From contig CAWEQH010000001.1 in assembly GCA_963811165.1 (NCBI GenBank), forward strand, positions 192,001 to 256,000: a DNA stretch of 64,000 bases. The letters run 5' to 3'. Source of the DNA: an uncultured Nitrospiraceae bacterium. GTDB taxonomy: Bacteria; Nitrospirota; Thermodesulfovibrionia; Thermodesulfovibrionales; UBA6898. Numbering within the stretch: position 1 is the first letter of the stretch; each line of letters opens with the position of its first letter. Positions 14,840-25,201 of the stretch are shown one piece after another. The notes under the pieces were generated by a model, which was not told where the DNA came from, searched no databases, and was given only the letters and a program-made list of their open reading frames with translations. The position numbers were made by a program, and so were the translations under genes.

Positions 14840-15854
14840 TTATTCCAGCTTCATAATCAAATTTCCTATCAAAATTTCACCGAGATGGTTCTCCAGTACT
14901 ATAGCAGTTGAGGTCGTATCCTGGCAGCTGATTATTTGGATAGAGCCGGTAGTGACCTTATGATCGTCAATGATGTTCACGGTTTTTACAATATCTCCCG
15001 CATCCACACCGTCTTTAAGACCTTTGTCGATATAAACGATGTTTAACTTTGCGTTCCCCAGATGTCCGTAACGCGACGCTACTACATACCCCGTGATATC
15101 GGGCTTTCTGAACTCCCCGGTAGTTAATGGAGGGTTGATTTCGTAATAGGGCACAAGGAGGTCTCCCGATTGCATGTCGTCAAACATTTCTGTAATCTTT
15201 GCCAATATATCGCGGTTTTCCAAGCGGATGATCTCGACCACGCCTGACATTTCCACCAAATATCCAATCTTCTTGTTCGTTACGGGGTGCCTTATGAGCC
15301 CCCCCGCCTTTATAACATAAAACCGCTCGCCAACCTTCACCGGCTTATCAATCTTCACATAGACAATGTCATTATTACCGAATAAGATCCTATCAGGAGC
15401 CCCTGAAATGTTCCCTACCGCCGAAACAGAATCAGCGATAAAGCCGCTTGCAACTAAAATACTTCTGTCGATGAGAGGCAGGAGTTTGACTGATGCTGGT
15501 GAAGGTTTTTCACCCTCACTCAGCCGCTTTCATCATTTCCCCCTTAGAAGGGGATTCGGCGGGGCCTGGCGCGGCACTCGTTGTCTGCTTTCCCTGCTCC
15601 TCCTTCTGCGCATAGCGGAGGGGGATTCTTATCTTCTGGCCTGGATATATTTTATCGGGGTTTGCAATTTCACGATTTTCCTGCCATACCTTTGGCCATA
15701 AGAAAGGATCTCCAAGTTCTTTGCCGGAAATATTCCATAAGGTGTCGCCTGAGTTAACTTTGTAATCCTTTATTTCCTGGGTCTGAGACAGGGAAATAGA
15801 TGGAATTAGCAGGATTAAAACTATGTACATGCAAAGAAAGCTTCTTCTGAACAT
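14840..15854 (-). CDS. Secreted LysM peptidoglycan-binding protein, one apparent frameshift near 15530-15550
   Basis: Signal peptide, YKVNSGDTLWNIS...NPDKIYPGQKIRIP; the C-terminal frame reads open from ~15525 into ORF 14840..15358. Confidence 0.8.
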
Positions 15855-15982
15855 ATTGCACCCCTTTTGTTAAGTTTTGCTCCTTTAAAACATAACTGAG
15901 ATAAAAAAAACTGTCAAGCATATTCGAACAGCATTCTCGATCCATTTGACATAAAGGTGTTAAAAAAATGCATAATTAACAT

Positions 15983-16909
15983 ATGGGAAGATTCAGATCG
16001 TTCGGACAATACATGAGGGATAAATTCGGGTACACCGTATACAAGGTGAACGTAGATGCCGGTTTTACCTGCCCTAACAGAGATGGCACGCTGGGAGTGT
16101 CGGGCTGCATTTACTGCAATAATGATAGCTTTAGGCCGAACTCTTGCCGGCCGACCCTGTCGGTCGCCAATCAGGTTGAGAACGGTATTGTACATGTGAA
16201 AAAAAGGTATGGGGCTCAGAATTTTCTCGTATACTTTCAGCCATATACCAACACATACGCTCCGGTAGACCAACTTGAAACAATCTTCCTGGAGGCGCTT
16301 AGAGAACCCTCGGTTGCAGGTTTGGCCATTGGCACCCGGCCCGACGCAATCGACCGTGAAAAGATCGAAATGCTCGAGGGCCTCGCTTCTGAATACTTTA
16401 TTCTTATAGAGTACGGCCTCCAATCTATTTATGACAAAAGTCTGGAGTTTATCAACAGGGGCCATGATTATCAAACTTTCCTGAATGCACTTGAGATCAC
16501 AAAAAACAGAGGGATCTTTATCGGTGCCCATATCATTGCAGGTTTTCCTACTGAGACGAGGGATGAAACGCTCGCAATGGCCGAGGAAATATCTTCATTG
16601 CCTATCGAATTCCTCAAGATTCATCAGCTTCAGGTGGTAAAAGACACCCCTTTAGAGGAATTTTATATGAAAGAGCCTTTTCATGTCTTTGAATATCAAG
16701 AATATCTCGATTTCCTTGCGGACTTCATCGAAAGACTTTCCCCTGATATTGTGCTGCAACGTCTTTTTGCCACTGCACCCGATGATATTCTTGTCGCACC
16801 CTTGTGGGGGAGGAACAGGCATCAGATCCTGCAGGATATAGAAAAAAATCTTGCAAGAAGAGATACCCATCAGGGGAAAAAATATAAGGCTCAAACGGTT
16901 AACCGCTGA
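15983..16909 (+). CDS. Radical SAM protein, YhcC/TIGR01212 family
   Basis: GFTCPNRDGT..GCIYC, YFQPYTNTY, IGTRPD, RGHD, LKIHQL. Confidence 0.9.
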   Translation: MGRFRSFGQYMRDKFGYTVYKVNVDAGFTCPNRDGTLGVSGCIYCNNDSFRPNSCRPTLSVANQVENGIVHVKKRYGAQNFLVYFQPYTNTYAPVDQLETIFLEALREPSVAGLAIGTRPDAIDREKIEMLEGLASEYFILIEYGLQSIYDKSLEFINRGHDYQTFLNALEITKNRGIFIGAHIIAGFPTETRDETLAMAEEISSLPIEFLKIHQLQVVKDTPLEEFYMKEPFHVFEYQEYLDFLADFIERLSPDIVLQRLFATAPDDILVAPLWGRNRHQILQDIEKNLARRDTHQGKKYKAQTVNR

Positions 16910-16945
16910 AAAAACGGCAGAGACAGTGCATACTGTGCTCTACGA

Positions 16946-17449
16946 TCATTTCCTTAAGACGATAAGGTCCTTCAATTCCTTTCTCTTCCCATTCTTTGGA
17001 CTTTTGGCCGGGACTCCAAGAGCGATGACAGCCATGAGTTCAAGGTCTTTTTTCATGGCAAGAATCTCTTCAATTTGCTCTCTGTTTTTGAGTATCTCCC
17101 CCAGCCATACCCCACCGAGGCCGAGCGAGTGTGCTTCAAGAAGCATATTCTGAATGCATGCGCCTATTGCCTGGAGGTCCTTTGTCCTGTCATAAGAGGC
17201 GGAGGTATTGAGGAAAACAGCTATGAGGACCTGTGAGCCTTTAACGATCAGCGAATAATGAGTTAGTCGCGAAAAAATATCCTTAAGCGCAGCGTCCCTG
17301 ATTATGGCGAACCGCCAGGGCTGGTTGTTAAGACCGGATGGGGCCCATCTGCCTGCATCGAGGATCTTTTCCAACGCTTCTTCGGGTACGGGACTGCTAT
17401 CGAATTCCCGTATGCTTCGCCTTGATTTTATGATCCCTAGTATGTCCAA
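16946..17449 (-). CDS. Nitroreductase family protein
   Basis: RRSIREF, WAPSGLNNQPWRF, QNMLLEAHSLGLGGVW. Confidence 0.92.
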   Translation of the reverse strand: MDILGIIKSRRSIREFDSSPVPEEALEKILDAGRWAPSGLNNQPWRFAIIRDAALKDIFSRLTHYSLIVKGSQVLIAVFLNTSASYDRTKDLQAIGACIQNMLLEAHSLGLGGVWLGEILKNREQIEEILAMKKDLELMAVIALGVPAKSPKNGKRKELKDLIVLRK

Positions 17450-17597
17450 AAAATCCTCAGTCTGCTACAATTGTTCATTAGAAACCCGGGCGGGTTGCAT
17501 AGTCATATGAAAAATATAGAAGAGGAGATCGAGAAAATCAAGATATTTCAGACGAGTCAATCCATGCCTCGTTATTTAGGCAGAGGAGGCATTTTAT

Positions 17598-18074
17598 ATG
17601 ATGGTAAAAAAAATTCTCATAGCAGTTATCGGCGGAAGAAAGGTAGAGAAGTTCCTCCTGAAAGAGGCCGAGGGGGTTGGAAGACTACTTGCGAAAAGGG
17701 GTGCGATACTCCTATGCGGGGGGCTGGGCGGAGTTATGGAAGCGGTTTCAAAAGGTATGAGTTTGGAAGGCGGGCTTACCATTGGGATACTTCCCCAGGA
17801 CCATAAGGAAAAGGCCAACGCCTTTGTGGATGTTCCGATAGCTACGGGGCTCGGTGTTGGAAGAAACGTAATTATCTCCCGCGCAGCTGATGCCGTTATT
17901 GCAGTTGGAGGGGCATACGGAACGCTTTCCGAGATAGCTTTTGCGCTCCAGATGGGAAAGCCTGTTGTCGGAATCAGGACCTGGGATGTAAAAGGCGTAG
18001 TCTCTGCCAGGGATGCGGAAGAAGCGGTGAAAAAGATATATGAAATCTTAAATCCAGGCAACTTCCCTTTCTGA
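17598..18074 (+). CDS. TIGR00725 family (LOG/Rossmann-like) protein
   Basis: CGGLGGVMEA, GILP, TGLGVGRN, GGAYGTLSEIAFA. Confidence 0.88.
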   Translation: MMVKKILIAVIGGRKVEKFLLKEAEGVGRLLAKRGAILLCGGLGGVMEAVSKGMSLEGGLTIGILPQDHKEKANAFVDVPIATGLGVGRNVIISRAADAVIAVGGAYGTLSEIAFALQMGKPVVGIRTWDVKGVVSARDAEEAVKKIYEILNPGNFPF

Positions 18075-18119
18075 ACTGTTTAATTCCTTCCACCGTGAGA
18101 ATCTGAATCTCACCCCAAT

Positions 18120-18148
18120 AAAAAGGGCCATGATCCGGTCATGGCCCT
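18120..18148 (-). terminator. Intrinsic terminator of the zinc-ribbon gene
   Basis: GGGCCATGA-N5-TCATGGCCC stem with an A-tract on its left (U-tract on the minus strand). Confidence 0.65.
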
Positions 18149-18179
18149 CAAGGGAAAAGTGAAATCCTTCATTGAAGGA

Positions 18180-18824
18180 TTATCCAATGAGTTCCTTTCC
18201 GCAGTGCTTACATATCTTGGCGCGTATCTTTATGATTTCGGCGCAGTAAGGACATTCCATCGTGAAGTTCTTCTTATGGATCTTCTGAACCGACTCGGCG
18301 ACTTTTTTCTGGATGACCTCGTTGATAAAATTATAATTCGTCAATGGCTCCACGGCGCGAAGGTCGCCAAGCTCGCCCAAGTGCTCGGCTGCCTTCAGTC
18401 TTACACTTCCGAAGCCGTCCTCGTCGGTAAGCACCTTCAAGATTGCGTCTATATCTTTTCCTATATAGTAATCTGTCAGGGACTGGAACGCCTTTTTTCT
18501 CGCCTCCGCATCCGCCATTTCCTGTGCCTCTTTTATCTCGTCGATAATATCGCCCTTCATGGCGTCCCTGCTGCCGCAGGGAAGGCTGGAAGACTCACCT
18601 GAATCCGGATGAAGCATGAAACGATAGCCCATTTCCTGGCCGTATGTTTCATACATGTGTTTCCAGCTGTTTTTAAAATGACGGCAATCGTCATTAAAGC
18701 AAACGTAAAGAAAACTGCTGCACCAGCCCAGCCCGTCCGCAAAATTAAAAGTCGGGGTACTCCATTTATTGAGTTTTTGCCCGCAATGCGGACAAACTGC
18801 CTTATCTTCCATAACCTGTGCCAT
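18180..18824 (-). CDS. Zinc-ribbon / HEAT-repeat hypothetical protein
   Basis: N-terminal CPHC..C....C, central VRLKAAEHLGELGD HEAT-like repeat, C-terminal CPYC..CKHC. Confidence 0.75.
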   Translation of the reverse strand: MAQVMEDKAVCPHCGQKLNKWSTPTFNFADGLGWCSSFLYVCFNDDCRHFKNSWKHMYETYGQEMGYRFMLHPDSGESSSLPCGSRDAMKGDIIDEIKEAQEMADAEARKKAFQSLTDYYIGKDIDAILKVLTDEDGFGSVRLKAAEHLGELGDLRAVEPLTNYNFINEVIQKKVAESVQKIHKKNFTMECPYCAEIIKIRAKICKHCGKELIG

Positions 18825-18972
18825 ACTCTTTCTCCTTTACAAAAACATTACCAAACAAAAGATTAATTGTAACTCCGCCTACTATTTCTCAGTCGGGGCA
18901 GAACTTTACAAATAACATGGTTTATTAATTATAACAGATCAAGCTGATATTCTGCCTAAAAAAGTCCGACAC

Positions 18973-19713
18973 TTACTTTCTTTTCAGCGCCTCCTCATCG
19001 AACAATACGCAGCGTAGCCATCTGAAGGCGAAACGCAAGAGCTCTGTTTCATTAGATTTAATACTCTTCAGTGCCGCCTTTTCTATATCGAAATATCTCA
19101 ATAAATCTCCCTTGAAGACAAGGTCCCTGAATTCATCCATGTTGTAACTGCCAAGGAAAAAAATGTCCCTCTCCCGTCCTTCGAGGAGATTCCTCGTCCC
19201 GAAGTTTTGATGGTGAGTAACCTTCTTCCACTCTTCGTTCATTTCCTCATAAAAGGTTATATTCTGGCTATCACGCCACTTCTTAATCGTATGGGTCGCC
19301 TTGCCTTTACCGAAGCCCTGACAGAATTCTCTTTTGACGATGCCGAATTCAGCGGGGTGGACGTCGGAGACCGGCTCGAGGGGAAAGCTCCTGCAGGACC
19401 ATGGCCTGTCATCATAGATCAAACACCCTTTTTCGCCAACAAAGGGGCAATTCTTGTTTTCATCAGGTACCATCTTAAGTAGTATCACGGGATGGCCTAT
19501 TTCTTCGGGGAAGAGCGGGAACGTATATATTTTAAGAAATTCGCGGGACGTAATGTTCAGACGGCGTTTGATCCTGAGGATATCATAAGGCGTAAGAAAA
19601 AGGTTTATGTCCCTGCAGCACTTGTTGAAACAGTGCAACCCCGAGTTGCAGCCGAAGCTGAAACTGTCATCGGGGCCCAATCTATCTGAGGATGTATCGA
19701 TAATCTCGGTCAC
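18973..19713 (-). CDS. YkgJ-family cysteine-cluster (putative Zn/Fe-chelating) protein
   Basis: C....CFNKCC, LTPYD, CPF....GCLIYDDRPWSCRSFP. Confidence 0.85.
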   Translation of the reverse strand: MTEIIDTSSDRLGPDDSFSFGCNSGLHCFNKCCRDINLFLTPYDILRIKRRLNITSREFLKIYTFPLFPEEIGHPVILLKMVPDENKNCPFVGEKGCLIYDDRPWSCRSFPLEPVSDVHPAEFGIVKREFCQGFGKGKATHTIKKWRDSQNITFYEEMNEEWKKVTHHQNFGTRNLLEGRERDIFFLGSYNMDEFRDLVFKGDLLRYFDIEKAALKSIKSNETELLRFAFRWLRCVLFDEEALKRK

Positions 19714-19792
19714 AGCAGGTAACTTTCAAGATTTATAAAGATATTTGCTATTATAACGTTGTGCCGGGTGTATTTACAAATAGGCATGAAAT

Positions 19793-20275
19793 ATGACCGA
19801 CCCAACGAGAAATTCAAAAAATATCTTAATCGTCTGCACGGGAAATATATGCAGGAGCCCGATGGCAGAGGGGATCTTCCGTGCCCTCTTAAAGGCCTTC
19901 CCCGACGTGGGGGTTTCTTCTGCGGGCACGCATGCCTTAATCGGTAATCCGGCCACGGAATTCGCGATCGTCGCGGCCGCTGAGAAAGGCATAGACATCT
20001 CCGGCCATAAGGCCCGGATGATCGGGGAGGAGATAATCCGGATGAGCCGCATTATTTTATGCATGGAATCTTCTCACGTGGAACAGATACTTGAAATTGA
20101 TGTCTCGGCGGGGTCAAAGACCTTCAATCTTGCCCAATTCTCAGATGGAGGGAAAAGACTGAAAAAAATATCGGACCCCTACGGCTGTAGTCTGCGGGAA
20201 TACAGAGAATGTTTTAAAGATATCAGTATCTGTATCAGAAATTTTCTTGGGTCTGATTATTTTTATGTGCGGTGA
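19793..20275 (+). CDS. Low-molecular-weight protein tyrosine/arginine phosphatase
   Basis: VCTGNICRSPMAE P-loop, SAGT, DPYG. Confidence 0.92.
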   Translation: MTDPTRNSKNILIVCTGNICRSPMAEGIFRALLKAFPDVGVSSAGTHALIGNPATEFAIVAAAEKGIDISGHKARMIGEEIIRMSRIILCMESSHVEQILEIDVSAGSKTFNLAQFSDGGKRLKKISDPYGCSLREYRECFKDISICIRNFLGSDYFYVR

Positions 20276-20297
20276 CCGAGATTCTGAAAAAGTGATT

Positions 20298-22166
20298 TCA
20301 AAATAGTTTCAGTAACTCATTCCAGATGTGTTCATCGTCGTAATAAGCATTTAGTGCGGTAATAATCTTTTTTGTGGTCGCTCCGTCTTTGATCTGGTCT
20401 GACAGCGACTTAATCACCTCTGAGGAAGGCCCGAAGTTCTTCTCGACAAGGGAGATAAAGGTCCGCAGATTTGCAACTGAAGATTTTGCCTCCGGCTTTA
20501 CGTTCCACCAGCGCGCGGGGTCAGACAAAAGTTTACGTACCTTCACTACTTTTTCGGATGCCGCTGCCTGATGCTCTGTGTAGATCCCCCATATCCTGTC
20601 TTGTACTTTTCTTACCGAATCGGCCATATCTGAAGCCCCAATGAGTTTTTCCGGATAGCCGATTTCGGAAAGCGATTCGACCGAAAACAACATGACGTCC
20701 CCCCAGAACTGCCGAAGGAATTCCCCCGAAAGATCGAGCGTGTCCCCTTCGTGTACAACACCGCTCCGGAATTCATTTATGCCATCTTCGGCGTTGGTCC
20801 TTTTGTGAAGCAGCGGCATGTTGGCTGAAACAAACTTTTCCCTGATCGTTCCCCGCAATATGCGGCCGAGGGTCGGCCCCGCCATCCTCAGGCCTAGGGC
20901 TGCAAAAGGGATGAAGTGGCTGAGGCCGGCTGGAGACATGACATAATTGCCCGTATATACGGTACGCGCACGAGTCGTTTCGGTAAAGCCGTTTCCATGG
21001 GAATAGAATTGCGTCCTCGTAGGGTGGAGACCATAGAAAAATCCAAGAGCACGGTCCGAAAAAACACCGAAGCAGGTCAAGACGGAATGGTCCCCGGCCA
21101 AAACGCAGGAGTATTTCTTGGGTGAAGAAGGCCGGCGATAGCCAAATAATTTGACCATGTCGTGATATTCCGCGGAAAACATATCTGGCACCTGTTCATT
21201 ATGGAAGATGCACCCGGCCTCCGGACCAATATCTTTTATTCGCTCAAAAAAATAGACGATGTCGTCAAGGAAAGTGTTTATCATAACTGCCGGAGTGACC
21301 GGAGGGTCTCCCACGACCTTGCCCGTGAGCACTTCAGCGTCCGATTTGGTAAATATGCGGTCGAGCCAGTAGAAATAATTTATGAAGGGGATGTCTATGA
21401 TTTCCCCGCTTCTCCTAATCTTAACCATGAATTCTTCGTCGCTGTCGACGAACCAGATTAATGTCTTCTCTTTGAATTCAGGGAGACGGGAATGGATGTA
21501 AAGAGATGCGATGTTGCGCGTCAGGGAGGCGCCCTTATGCCGTCGTACGGTGCCGTCAAAATTACCGATGAGTCCGGCAAGTTTCCCGCCCAACTCCGGC
21601 GGGACTTTTTTAAAGACCTCCTCCTGCTCCCGGCTGCCTACATAAGAAGTACGGACGCCCGCGGCCGTTGTCTCTTTACAGATTTCCCTGATACTATGGA
21701 CGCTTGCGTCGTCCATGCTGTCGTCGAAGACAAAGACGCTGACCTTTCTGAAGCGGGGGCCGCTCGGCTCCGAAGAGGTCCCCCCATAAGAAAAGGTATG
21801 ACATTGTTTGACAAGGCTCGAAAGACAGTTCCTTAGCATAAGAGGCCTGTCCGCCACCGGTATTATGATCAGAAAGTGATGCCGGGGGTCATTAGCGGCC
21901 GAAGAAAGTATGAGCTCGAACTCTTTGTAGAGGTCTCTCTGGAGCTCAAGAAGGCCTTCACTGTAACCTTTCTCCGCAGCGTTCTCTTCAAGGGACCCGA
22001 ACGCCTCCTCATAGAATGGTCTGACGGTTTCGGGATCATCCGGGACCCTATTCCCGCCGGGAAGGGAGAGAGAACGAAATATCCGGCCGCGGGCGGCCAC
22101 AGCGGGAAGGTTCCCATAAAGAGAAAAAAAACGGGCCAGATTACTGAACGTCTCTTTTCCGCTCAA
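20298..22166 (-). CDS. Large hypothetical protein with GT-A (family 2-like) glycosyltransferase motifs
   Basis: IIIPVADRP, VFDDS, GASLTRN, WFVDSDEEF (DxD); 622 aa. Confidence 0.6.
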   Translation of the reverse strand: MSGKETFSNLARFFSLYGNLPAVAARGRIFRSLSLPGGNRVPDDPETVRPFYEEAFGSLEENAAEKGYSEGLLELQRDLYKEFELILSSAANDPRHHFLIIIPVADRPLMLRNCLSSLVKQCHTFSYGGTSSEPSGPRFRKVSVFVFDDSMDDASVHSIREICKETTAAGVRTSYVGSREQEEVFKKVPPELGGKLAGLIGNFDGTVRRHKGASLTRNIASLYIHSRLPEFKEKTLIWFVDSDEEFMVKIRRSGEIIDIPFINYFYWLDRIFTKSDAEVLTGKVVGDPPVTPAVMINTFLDDIVYFFERIKDIGPEAGCIFHNEQVPDMFSAEYHDMVKLFGYRRPSSPKKYSCVLAGDHSVLTCFGVFSDRALGFFYGLHPTRTQFYSHGNGFTETTRARTVYTGNYVMSPAGLSHFIPFAALGLRMAGPTLGRILRGTIREKFVSANMPLLHKRTNAEDGINEFRSGVVHEGDTLDLSGEFLRQFWGDVMLFSVESLSEIGYPEKLIGASDMADSVRKVQDRIWGIYTEHQAAASEKVVKVRKLLSDPARWWNVKPEAKSSVANLRTFISLVEKNFGPSSEVIKSLSDQIKDGATTKKIITALNAYYDDEHIWNELLKLF

Positions 22167-22175
22167 GGAAACGTC

Positions 22176-23828
22176 TCATCTTCCTGAAGAGTAATTGGGA
22201 AATTCATCCTTATTCAGGATAAGTTCGATAAGATTGATATTCCCGGCGAAGTCGACCTTTCTGAAGACGGCTTCGACATCGGCTTCCGTAGAGACATTGA
22301 AGTAATTGATGCCGAATGAATCAGCGAGTTTTTTGTAATTGGGGTTTACGAAATCGCTGGCAATGAATCTGCCGTTATAATTATAGAACTGGTTTTTCCT
22401 CACGAGGCCCAGAGAGGAATTATTAAGGAGCACTACCGTCACAGGTATTCCATAGTTGACCGCGGTCATGATCTCCATGCAGCACATCTGGAATCCGCCG
22501 TCCCCGAGGATCGCGATTACCGGTTTCTCCGAGGCAAGCTTTGCCCCGATCGCCGCAGGGACCGCATGCCCCAGGGAAGATAGCCCGGAATTCGGAAAGT
22601 AGCTCCGGCTTTTGGACACGTAACAGAAGCGCTGCATGTAGATGATATTGTCATCGAATATCAGCACGTCGCTGTCGAAGTGATCGTTGAGATGTGAGAG
22701 AAACCTGCTTACGAGAAGGAATTCATTGTCCTTGACGATATGGTTGCAATATTTTGTCTTATAGCGAGCGGCGTCATCCAGATCCTTTGGCCCGATCTGT
22801 TCCCTTTCGAGCCGGGCGTTAAGCAGATCAAAGAATTTTTTTACGTCGCAATTGAGTGAGAAGTCTGCCGTGAAGACCTTATTGAGCTGCGTCTCGTCGA
22901 TGTCGATCTGGATGATCTTCTTTCCTTCCAGAAGACCGCTATTCCAGTTATAGCTCGTTCTTTCCCCAAAGCTCGCTCCTGACACAATGACGACATCGGC
23001 CTTGTCCGTGATATAGCGGAATGCCGATTCGCTGGAAGTGATGCCAAGTACGCCCAGGGAAAGCACTGAAGACTCAGGGATTATTCCCCTTGCCTTCAGG
23101 CTAGTTGCTACCGGGACGTTGGCCTTGGCGCAGAAATTCCCGATCGAATCCTCCGCTTTAGAAATTACGCATCCATACCCGGCAAGCACGACCGGATGAG
23201 TAGCGGTCCTCAAGAGCGAATAAATCTCCTCCAGGGGAACAGTGTCCTCTCCGGTATTCGGTTGGCTACCCGAGAAATTAATATGATCAAGCACCGTCTC
23301 GTCCACCATCTCTTTCAGCACGTTATAGGGAAAACTCAGAAGTACCGGACCCGGATTCTTCGAAGTGAGGATTCCGGTCACATTTCTCAGCACGTTGAGG
23401 ATATAATCGGTACGCTGGACGATGTTGTGATATCTTGTGATCCCTCTGAAAATGTCGAACTGGTTGATACAGGAGCCTTCACCTGTACTTTCCTGCAGAG
23501 CGCCCTTGCCGAAGGAATACGTGGGCGTTTCCCCGGTTATTGCGAGCACCGGAAGCCTGTCCATGTAAGCGTTGGCAAGTCCGGTGACCAAGTTCGTCGC
23601 CCCCGGCCCTGCGGTCGCAATGCAGACCCCTATCTTCCCCGACTGTCTTGCATACCCCCCCGCCATGAAGGAAGCTCCCTGTTCATGTTTGGTGAGGACC
23701 GACTTTATTCCCGAATCGTAAAGCGCATTATAGATGGGCAGTATATGAGCACCCGGGATGCCGAAGACATACTCTGTCCCGAGCCGTTCGAGATATCTTA
23801 CTATTAAGCTGCTGACCGTGATGTCCAT
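22176..23828 (-). CDS. Thiamine-diphosphate-dependent enzyme (acetolactate synthase-like family)
   Basis: VFGIPG, HEQGASFMA.GY, GPGATN, GDGGFQM...NN ThDP motif. Confidence 0.9.
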   Translation of the reverse strand: MDITVSSLIVRYLERLGTEYVFGIPGAHILPIYNALYDSGIKSVLTKHEQGASFMAGGYARQSGKIGVCIATAGPGATNLVTGLANAYMDRLPVLAITGETPTYSFGKGALQESTGEGSCINQFDIFRGITRYHNIVQRTDYILNVLRNVTGILTSKNPGPVLLSFPYNVLKEMVDETVLDHINFSGSQPNTGEDTVPLEEIYSLLRTATHPVVLAGYGCVISKAEDSIGNFCAKANVPVATSLKARGIIPESSVLSLGVLGITSSESAFRYITDKADVVIVSGASFGERTSYNWNSGLLEGKKIIQIDIDETQLNKVFTADFSLNCDVKKFFDLLNARLEREQIGPKDLDDAARYKTKYCNHIVKDNEFLLVSRFLSHLNDHFDSDVLIFDDNIIYMQRFCYVSKSRSYFPNSGLSSLGHAVPAAIGAKLASEKPVIAILGDGGFQMCCMEIMTAVNYGIPVTVVLLNNSSLGLVRKNQFYNYNGRFIASDFVNPNYKKLADSFGINYFNVSTEADVEAVFRKVDFAGNINLIELILNKDEFPNYSSGR

Positions 23829-23940
23829 TTACAGGGTCCCTGCCGACGAAGAAATGTTAAGGACACTTCTGCGCGGCCAGTGGTAGACTATTATAGCAGT
23901 ATTGGTAGTGATTTTCTGAAGATTTTCAGCAGCCGCGATC

Positions 23941-24558
23941 TTAGCGACCCGTGGGGTTATCACAGGCTGTGGGACAACTAATGGCATCATAGGTATAGAG
24001 GATTCTCTGCTCGTTAACGAGTTTTCCTTTGTTCACCGGTTTAAAAGGGAAGGCACTCAGATTTTTTAGCAACTCCCCCCTCGAGGGGACTGAGACATAC
24101 CCGCAGCCGATGACATTACCTGAGGAGGCTTCGAGGAATTCGAGGTCTATTCCGTTTGTGACTGCGGCAAAGGGGATGATGTATTCTTCCAGGAGTCTTG
24201 CGGATGCGAGAATCTGCCTCTCCCTCGACACAAGCGAGCCCGACGCACATTTCCAAATCATCAAAGTCCTGCCTGCGACGGCAATCGAAAGATCAACCAG
24301 CGAGACAACCGACCGGCCATCAATCTCAAAGGCAATCTCCCTGTCGACGACGAAATCTTCCTTCTTGTAATCCTTTTGTCCAAGAAGGTGCTTCAGTGTC
24401 TTTTGCCTTATGTTGTCTTTGTTAGAAAAGGGGATATTACGTCCGGTGAGGCAGTCAGTAAGGAGGTCGGGGAGTTCGGGCCTTTCTCCCTCTTCTTCGC
24501 GCGTGAAATTGCCGGGGATTAAGCCCGGATGAATAAAATGAGGCCGCTTGCACTGCAT
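23941..24558 (-). CDS. Stand-alone HsdR N-terminal-like domain protein (paralogue A)
   Basis: D.LTGR.I...DNIRQK, SLVD, GSLVSRERQILASARL, IPFAAVTNG; start uncertain. Confidence 0.65.
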   Translation of the reverse strand: MQCKRPHFIHPGLIPGNFTREEEGERPELPDLLTDCLTGRNIPFSNKDNIRQKTLKHLLGQKDYKKEDFVVDREIAFEIDGRSVVSLVDLSIAVAGRTLMIWKCASGSLVSRERQILASARLLEEYIIPFAAVTNGIDLEFLEASSGNVIGCGYVSVPSRGELLKNLSAFPFKPVNKGKLVNEQRILYTYDAISCPTACDNPTGR

Positions 24559-24561
24559 AGT

Positions 24562-24750
24562 CTAAATAAATCTCTCGTTCAGTCTGCGGACCGCACGGAT
24601 GAAGATCTTGCGGCCTTCCCCTGAATCGATGTCGATGCCCTGCCCGATGAGTTCCTCCCTTAGGTCGTCAAGGGCCTTCAGATAGACCCTGTCGACTTCA
24701 AAGGAAGTCTCAATAAGATGGGATTTTTCTCCTTCGCTGATATCAGACAT
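24562..24750 (-). CDS. Small hypothetical protein (62 aa)
   Basis: AAGGAG RBS upstream, co-oriented with neighbours. Confidence 0.6.
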   Translation of the reverse strand: MSDISEGEKSHLIETSFEVDRVYLKALDDLREELIGQGIDIDSGEGRKIFIRAVRRLNERFI

Positions 24751-24791
24751 AATTGCTCCTTGCCTTAAATCTCAGCCATGCCTGAAGCGGC

Positions 24792-25022
24792 TCATATATC
24801 GTCCTCCGCCATATCGTGGGCTGCGCTGCATTTGTAGCATATCCTCTGGCCCTCTTCGTTCACTCCTATGGGATCAAGCTTGCTAAGGATGCTGCTGCAT
24901 TCAGCGCATACGCCTAATATGGTCCTGAAACAGTATCCGCAGAAATAATACCTGACACCTGTTTCGGGGTGGATCCAATCTTCCAGATCTTCTGTTTCCT
25001 GGCACAAATAACACGCCTTCAT
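24792..25022 (-). CDS. Small Cys-rich protein with four CxxC pairs
   Basis: CYLC, CGYC, CAEC, CYKC; AAGGA RBS. Confidence 0.65.
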   Translation of the reverse strand: MKACYLCQETEDLEDWIHPETGVRYYFCGYCFRTILGVCAECSSILSKLDPIGVNEEGQRICYKCSAAHDMAEDDI

Positions 25023-25125
25023 CGCCGTTCCTTTCAGGGAAGCATGATAAATGATTTACTTATTATACCATGTGAGAAGCGGTCATTACCTGCCTTGTCA
25101 AAGTATGCCGGGCTTTGATTGAAGG

Positions 25126-25139
25126 ATGATCTATATCAT
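25126..25139 (+). promoter_or_regulatory. Crp/Fnr-family (Fnr/Dnr/HcpR-like) binding site
   Basis: Palindrome ATGAT-CTAT-ATCAT centred about -42 relative to a TATACT -10 at 25163. Confidence 0.6.
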
Positions 25140-25201
25140 AGAAAGCAGCAAAGACAATAAAATATACTAAAGTATGAACAACTCTAAGGAGGATCATCAA
25201 A

